Shown: piece after piece, positions 32,837 through 38,196 of the stretch | Layout: each line of letters begins with the position of its first letter | Numbering within the stretch: position 1 is the first letter of the stretch | NCBI RefSeq assembly: GCF_000372725.1 | Contig: NW_005201338.1 | Location: 352,116-390,311 of the forward strand | Reading direction: 5' to 3' | Length of the DNA stretch: 38,196 nt | Origin: Emiliania huxleyi CCMP1516 | Lineage: Eukaryota | Translations under genes and position numbers: made by a program | Notes under the pieces: generated by a model | The model's input: the letters and a program-made list of their open reading frames with translations, nothing else | Databases searched by the model: none | What the model was told of the DNA's origin: nothing

Positions 32837-34410
32837 TCACGCGCGCGCGAGACGTGCAGACAGGGTTGCCAGGTGAGAGCGAATGGCGCGGTTCACGCCT
32901 CGCACAACAGAGAGAGAGATGCGCTCTGCATGGTGGGACATAAAAGAGAGCGAGTACTTGGGCGAGTAGGCCGTGCGGTCGACGCTGCCGCGCGCGACTT
33001 TGCGCGCGAGGCGGCGCAGCTTGAGAACGGCGGTGGGCGAGAAGCCGCCGCCGAACGTCTCGTGGAGCAGCAGGTTGAAGTTGTTGCGCTTGACAAAGAT
33101 CGCGTCGTGGTAGAAACCGCGATGCGCCTTGACGTAGCCGTGGCCGGTCTTGTGGGAGAAGGGTTGGCCGGGCTGCCCGCGCGCCTTGCAGCCCATGTTT
33201 AGGCGGCGGGCCTTCTCTTCGGTGTTACCAAAGGCGTAGGAGTGGCCAACGGAGGCGGGCGTGCCGCCACTCGAGGCGTTGCCAACGCCCGGCGAGGAGG
33301 TCTTGAGGAGGGGCGTCCAGAGCTTGACTTCATTCACGTCATCGCACCCTCCCGGTCCCGCATGGGGTTCCGCGAGGTCGACCTTGTACCCCTCGTTGTA
33401 CTGCCGGGTGAGCTCTGGTTTCTCCTTGTCGCCGTGCACGACCGGCGCGTTGGCCGGGGCGCGCATCGCGTCCGCCCAGGCGGCGAGGACGCCGTCGTGG
33501 GGCCGCCGGTGGTGGGCCTTGTTGTAAAGGTAGTCGCCGAAGAAATCGACTGGCATGCCCCGCTCGAGCGCGACCCGAAGGGTGGGAAGCGCCGCGGAGA
33601 GCCAAAGGCCGAGCTTTCGCTGGAGCTCGTCCTGGAGGGTGTCGGAGGAGAGGGCGGTGGCGTACGTACCGTCGACACGGACATCGAAGGCCTTGCCGGC
33701 GAAAGGCGTTGAGGCGGAGACGAAGCGTGCGGCTTCGCGGTTGTTGACGGCGCTGTCTCCGAGGGACGGGTTGTTCTTGACGTGCGCATCCCGCGCCTTG
33801 ACGAGCTCCTGGTGCGCGTACCAGTCCTTGTGATTCTTGATGGCAGCGAGCGCCCGCGGCCGCGGGTACGTGGATTTGCAAGTGCCATTGAGAATCGCGT
33901 CGGTAGCTGGAAGGGACTCGGGCTCGGGGAGCGGGACGCTCTTGGGGTAGAACTCAGTCAGGTAGCCGCCGCGGACGGTGTAGTACTTGTTTTTGTCGCG
34001 GGCGGTGCGCTTCTCGCACACCTCCTTCCAGTCCGAGAGGGCGGACTCGTAGGTGGCGATAGCTGCGGCGATGGCGGGGTACTTGGATGCACCTCCCTCG
34101 TCGTGGGCGAAGTCGGGGTTGTGGGCGACGAGGGTGCGCCAGTTCTTGAGGAGCGACATGGAGAAGTCGCTGTCGGCGCGCGAGAAGGCGGTATCGATGT
34201 TGCACCCGCCCATCTCGGTCGGCAGCTGTGCCTGGAGCCACGCGAGGTCGCGGAGCGCCTGGGGCGAGGCGTCGGCGCGAGCAATGCTCTCGAAGGACTT
34301 GCGGATGCGGTTGTGCGCAAACTCGAGAGCCTCGCACGCGACATTGGGCGGCGTGATGCCGGCAATGTACTTGGTCTTTGCGCAGGCGATCCGTTGGACG
34401 AGGTTGGGGG
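32837..34410 (-). mobile_element. 5'-truncated non-LTR retrotransposon (CRE-like): RT thumb plus restriction-like endonuclease
   Basis: QAQLPTEMGGCNI (thumb, LPxxxGGLGI), ARFVSASTPFAG...LQRKLG, RPHDGV, KVDLAE...EVKL (PD-(D/E)xK-like), LLLHETFGG and ERISLSVVRG. Intronless; RT catalytic core absent. Confidence 0.82.
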
Positions 34411-34916
34411 CATGGGCGGTGCGGCCCGCGCCGCGCGCGGGCGCGTGACAGCCCGTGAGTGCCGAGATCGGGTCCGTACTTCGACGTAGTATGGGCCCCC
34501 GGGGGCCCATCTACAGCAGCGGCGAAGTGAGCGTGTTTGTGGTGTTGGTGTGGCGTCTGAGCTTGGATCTGTGACTAAAGCCGGTTACCACTGATGGATC
34601 CCCACCCGAATAACACACAGTGAGCGCCCCAGCGCTTCACTACGCCCTCCGCGCGAAATCTCGCTAGTGCTGAGAAAGTATATTGTACTTTTGAGTAGTA
34701 CGGGTACGGTTCCCGAGACCGTTTTGGCGGCAGGGCTGTTCCAGTTTATCTTTTGCTGTGAATAGGCGAGCCTGTGAATAGGCCCCGGAGGCCTCAACCC
34801 CCACTAAAGGGTTGACGGGGGGGTCTCAACCGTCAACCAGATGGTTGAGGGGGGGCCTCAACCGCCCACGGCACTCCGAGGACCTGGCCCTTTCGAGGTC
34901 TCGCCAGAGTTCGCCA

Positions 34917-35669
34917 ATGCCGTGGCCCTTCCGCCGACCTCCGCCTCCTCCTCCGCCCGCCGACCCGGCGGTGGAGATCGCCCCGGTGCTGGTGGCGATT
35001 CTCTGCTGCTGGTGCATCCCGCTGCTCCTCTACCTCGCCGCGGCGGCGCGCCGGGGCCTGGCGAGGGCGCTCGTGGTTGAGGCTCTAGGGAGCTTTGCCT
35101 TCAAGCTCTTCGTCCACGCCGCCATCGTGGGTTCGGCGTGGTGCGCGCTCGGAGGCGATGCGACCGCGGCCGTGGTGCAGGCCACCGTCTGGCTGCTCAT
35201 CGTCCTCCTCGCCTTTCCGTCGGGGGCGTTTCTCAACTCGGCAATCACCCTCGCGGCATGCGCCGCCGGCAAGCTCGCGCAGTCCGACGCCGTGCTCTAC
35301 ATCGGCGCCCAGTTCGCTGGCTCTGCCGTCGCCGTCGAGGCTATTCGCGCGCTGGCTCCGCTGGACCTGCACGGCGCCATCGGCCCTCCGCCGCCCGCCG
35401 AAGGCAGCTACTCGTCTGCGATACTGCACGAAGCGCTGTTCGCTGGCGCCAACTGCCTCCTGGCGCTCAACAGCAGCGCCTTAGGCACGGGCACGCCGCT
35501 CAAGGTTGCCACAATCGTCATTCTCCTCATTCGGATCGGAGGCGCATGCATGGACCCATCCGCCGCCTTTGCGGGCGCCCTGTTTGCCGGGCGCTACACC
35601 GACCTCGTCGAGGTGTATTGCGTTGGCGCGGCTCTGGGCGCCATCGCCGCAGGAACCTTGTCGAGGTGA
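34917..35669 (+). CDS. Divergent MIP/aquaporin-family channel
   Basis: VVEALGSF, SGAFLNSAIT (first NPA box), YIGAQFAGS, LHEALF, GGACMDPSAAF (second NPA box) and VYCVGAALGAIAAG. Multiple TM segments, no introns. Confidence 0.85.
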   Translation: MPWPFRRPPPPPPPADPAVEIAPVLVAILCCWCIPLLLYLAAAARRGLARALVVEALGSFAFKLFVHAAIVGSAWCALGGDATAAVVQATVWLLIVLLAFPSGAFLNSAITLAACAAGKLAQSDAVLYIGAQFAGSAVAVEAIRALAPLDLHGAIGPPPPAEGSYSSAILHEALFAGANCLLALNSSALGTGTPLKVATIVILLIRIGGACMDPSAAFAGALFAGRYTDLVEVYCVGAALGAIAAGTLSR

Positions 35670-36055
35670 GGACCGTGGCTGCTCGACCAGGGCGGCCGGG
35701 CGCGCCTCTCGGCCGACGCGTCACCCACCTTTTCTCCATACTCTATTAATTCATAATTGCCGCGCACGGCTGGAGGCCTGGACGTGGACCCGGTCGGGAC
35801 GGCTGGCGCGTCGCCTTGTCCGTCTCGCGGAGCCGCGGTCTGTGCCTCGGTCTCGCGGATTAAGGGGTGTGTGTGTGGGCTGTCTCTCGTGTCTGTGCAG
35901 CGTCGTTCTGCCGAGCCCGGAAGCCGGATACGGCTCTCCGCGAAACTGGATACATTTTGCATATGCGAACCGAAAACTGTGCCGTGCGCGCGCGCGTCGC
36001 GGGCGACCCGCTAAACGCGCGCGCAACGGACGGCGTCCCGCTCCCGGCTCCTGCG

Positions 36056-36130
36056 GCTGAGCGACTCAGCGAGCGGGGCACCGGCATGCAAACCTGCTGA
36101 GCGACTCAGCGAGCGGCACCGGCATGCAAA
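36056..36130 (+). repeat. Direct repeat, 40-bp period, each unit with a GCTGAG-CGA-CTCAGC hairpin
   Basis: GCTGAGCGACTCAGCGAGCGG(GG)CACCGGCATGCAAA at 36056 and 36096. Confidence 0.9.
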
Positions 36131-36424
36131 GGGAAAGTGTACAATGAGGAGCGGGTTCCATTGCCGGCACCCCCCCAACCAACATTCGACGCGGGCGGCC
36201 CAGCGACGAGAGCCGGCTAGGTAATATGGGTTGTGGCCATGCGAATATGGGTTGTGTGGCCATGCGCGCGCCCCCGGCCGTCGCCGCCTCAGAGGCTAGC
36301 AACGGCGCGGGGGCGGGGCGGGGGGTTGAGCAGTCATGACTAGTGGACGCGCCGCCAGCAAGCGTCGAGCGGCTCGACATGCCGGGGCGCGTGTGGATGG
36401 CAAGTGTACAAGGGGTCCTCCCCT

Positions 36425-37090
36425 CTAAGCGCGGCCGACGCCAATAGGCATTGACGCATAGCGCGAGAAGTCGACGGGGACCTCGACCACGGTGGGGCGG
36501 GCGGCGGGGTGCAGCGAGGAGGGGCGGGCGGCCCAACCCTCCTCGAGCTGCGCCTCGCGCTGCAGCAGGTCCATCGTCGCGGCCAGGTTGGCGATCGGCA
36601 GCGCCGCGCATCCGGGCAGCGCCGGCGCGGGCGGCGGGTGGCACGCGCTGAGCGGCCTGGACAGCTGGCCGACGAGGACATCGAGAAGCGCGGGCACCGG
36701 GCGGCCTGCGACCTCGTACGCGCGCTTGGCCGCCGCCAGATGTTGCGGCGCGAACGTTGTCAGCTTGACGTGCGCGAGCGCCAACGTCTTCCGCAACGTC
36801 CGGAGATCGGTGAGCTCGACGTACTGCATCGCGTGGAGGATCCGTTCGATGCTCAGGATGGCCTCGACCGCTTCGGCAAGCGTCTGCGTGCCCGGCTGCG
36901 AGTCCGAAGGCGTGCCGCCGCTACGCCCCCCCTCCTCCTCCTCCGCGACCGACTCGAGCTCGTCGAAGAAGTACTCCATGGAGTACTCCGCCGGCGAGTT
37001 CTCGAAGAGGTCGTCCATCGTCGAGCGCGGACTCCCCCCGCGGGGGCCCTCCTTCTCCCCCCAGCCCGCAAAGGCGGTACCCTGCATCAT
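36425..37090 (-). CDS. Hypothetical protein (221 aa)
   Basis: ATG-initiated ORF with GC-rich third positions and protein-like composition (acidic N-terminus, helical core). No known domain recognised. Confidence 0.55.
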   Translation of the reverse strand: MMQGTAFAGWGEKEGPRGGSPRSTMDDLFENSPAEYSMEYFFDELESVAEEEEGGRSGGTPSDSQPGTQTLAEAVEAILSIERILHAMQYVELTDLRTLRKTLALAHVKLTTFAPQHLAAAKRAYEVAGRPVPALLDVLVGQLSRPLSACHPPPAPALPGCAALPIANLAATMDLLQREAQLEEGWAARPSSLHPAARPTVVEVPVDFSRYASMPIGVGRA

Positions 37091-37751
37091 AGCAGAGCAC
37101 CAGAGCTTGGCAACCTTGCTTTCACGACCGTGAAATCAAGTACGTATTGCAAGAACGTGGGCGGAAATGCCCCCAGCCCACACGCCCTTGCTGACGACAC
37201 GCCAGCGCCCCTCGCGTACGTGCGCCTCAGCTCAATCACGGACGTACTTCGACACTACGTACGCGTGCGAGCCCCGCAGAGGTGCGGGCGAGAGGGCGGC
37301 CGAGCCCGAAAGGGCCCGCCCTCGGCGTTGCTCTACATGGTAACGGCTAAGAAGAGAAACACCCCCGGACTGGGACGCCGGCAGTCGAGTCGGGACACGC
37401 TGTGGCTCAGACGTCCCCCCCCTCGACGCAGTCGAGTGACTGACATGAATAGGGAGGAGAAAGTGTCCCCCAAATATCACCACAGACGCAGCACAGGGGC
37501 TCCAATCCTGTCCCAGCCTGGGGGGGCCTCGCTAGATCTCCAGTGGGGAGTGCGAGGGCTGGATCGACTGCAGCGAGAGTGTGGGTTGTGGACCGTCGGG
37601 ATAGCGTGTGGCGTAGATGTTCTCCTGGAAGTAGAGAGGCTGATGTCTCTCGCCCTGCAGGAAGGAGAAACTCGGACGGTGGAGTGAAAACTCCTCCCTG
37701 CGGCGTGTGCGCAGAATGGGTTGCGCATGTGCGGCATCATGTTGAGGACTC

Positions 37752-38192
37752 GAGATTGACCTCACGGGTTCGAACCCGGCGGGGTAGGGTGGGGGACCCC
37801 CCCCGGCCCGGGTGAGGTCAGTCTCACCCGGGTCCGGTAACCTGCGCAGAGCCGGGGTTTTTCCCCACGGATAATACCGCCAATGGGGACCCATTAGCCC
37901 AACGTCCAAAGCAGCCCCCCAGGGTTCGAACCCGTGAGGTCAATCTCACCCCTTTTTCAAGGGTACCCCTTTAACCGGGTTTTTCCCGGCGGGGTAGGGT
38001 GGGGGACCCCCCCCGGCCCGGGTGAGGTCGCAGACTGACTGTAGCTCAGTTGGTCGGCTCATATAGTTCAACAAAAGTGGTCTCGGGTTCGAACCCGTGA
38101 GGTCAATCTCACCCCTTTTTCAAGGGTACCCCTTTAACCGGGTTTTTCCCGGCGGGGTAGGGTGGGGGACCCCCCCCGGCCCGGGTGAGGTC
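37752..38192 (+). repeat. Rearranged repeat cluster containing a tRNA-derived (Pol III A/B box) head; SINE-like
   Basis: A ~108-bp unit occurs at 37922-38029 and 38085-38192, with a partial and partly inverted copy at 37752-37820. A box TAGCTCAGTTGG at 38042, B box GGTTCGAACCC at 38086, T-run at ~38116. Confidence 0.8.
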
Positions 38193-38196
38193 ATCT

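Noticed and set aside
38035..38110. Functional tRNA gene
   Set aside because: The T-stem has mismatches, and the D and anticodon arms do not pair.

Overview
GC-rich eukaryotic genomic DNA with two assembly gaps. Many short introns can be reconstructed and most use GC rather than GT donors, which points to a haptophyte alga such as Emiliania (Gephyrocapsa) huxleyi; that assignment is an inference. Most ORFs in the supplied track are GC-driven artefacts. Supportable genes are a secreted Pgl/YbhE-type lactonase, a small algal-family protein, an ankyrin protein ending in RAEL, a multi-exon multicopper oxidase, a PP2C phosphatase, a Lin0512-family protein, a DUF2306 membrane protein, a divergent MIP/aquaporin and several hypotheticals. 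Mobile or repeated DNA includes a frameshifted UvrD-like helicase relic abutting a 16-bp minisatellite, a 481-bp TA-flanked MITE, a 5'-truncated CRE-like non-LTR retrotransposon, a SAP-domain relic, a possible Helitron-like fragment and a tRNA-derived repeat. The most novel-looking signal is a ~220-bp non-coding element present twice (12.6 kb and 32.4 kb) whose stems show compensatory base changes between the copies. Also notable are a candidate GC-AG intron created by tandem duplication and a perfect 50-bp palindrome.
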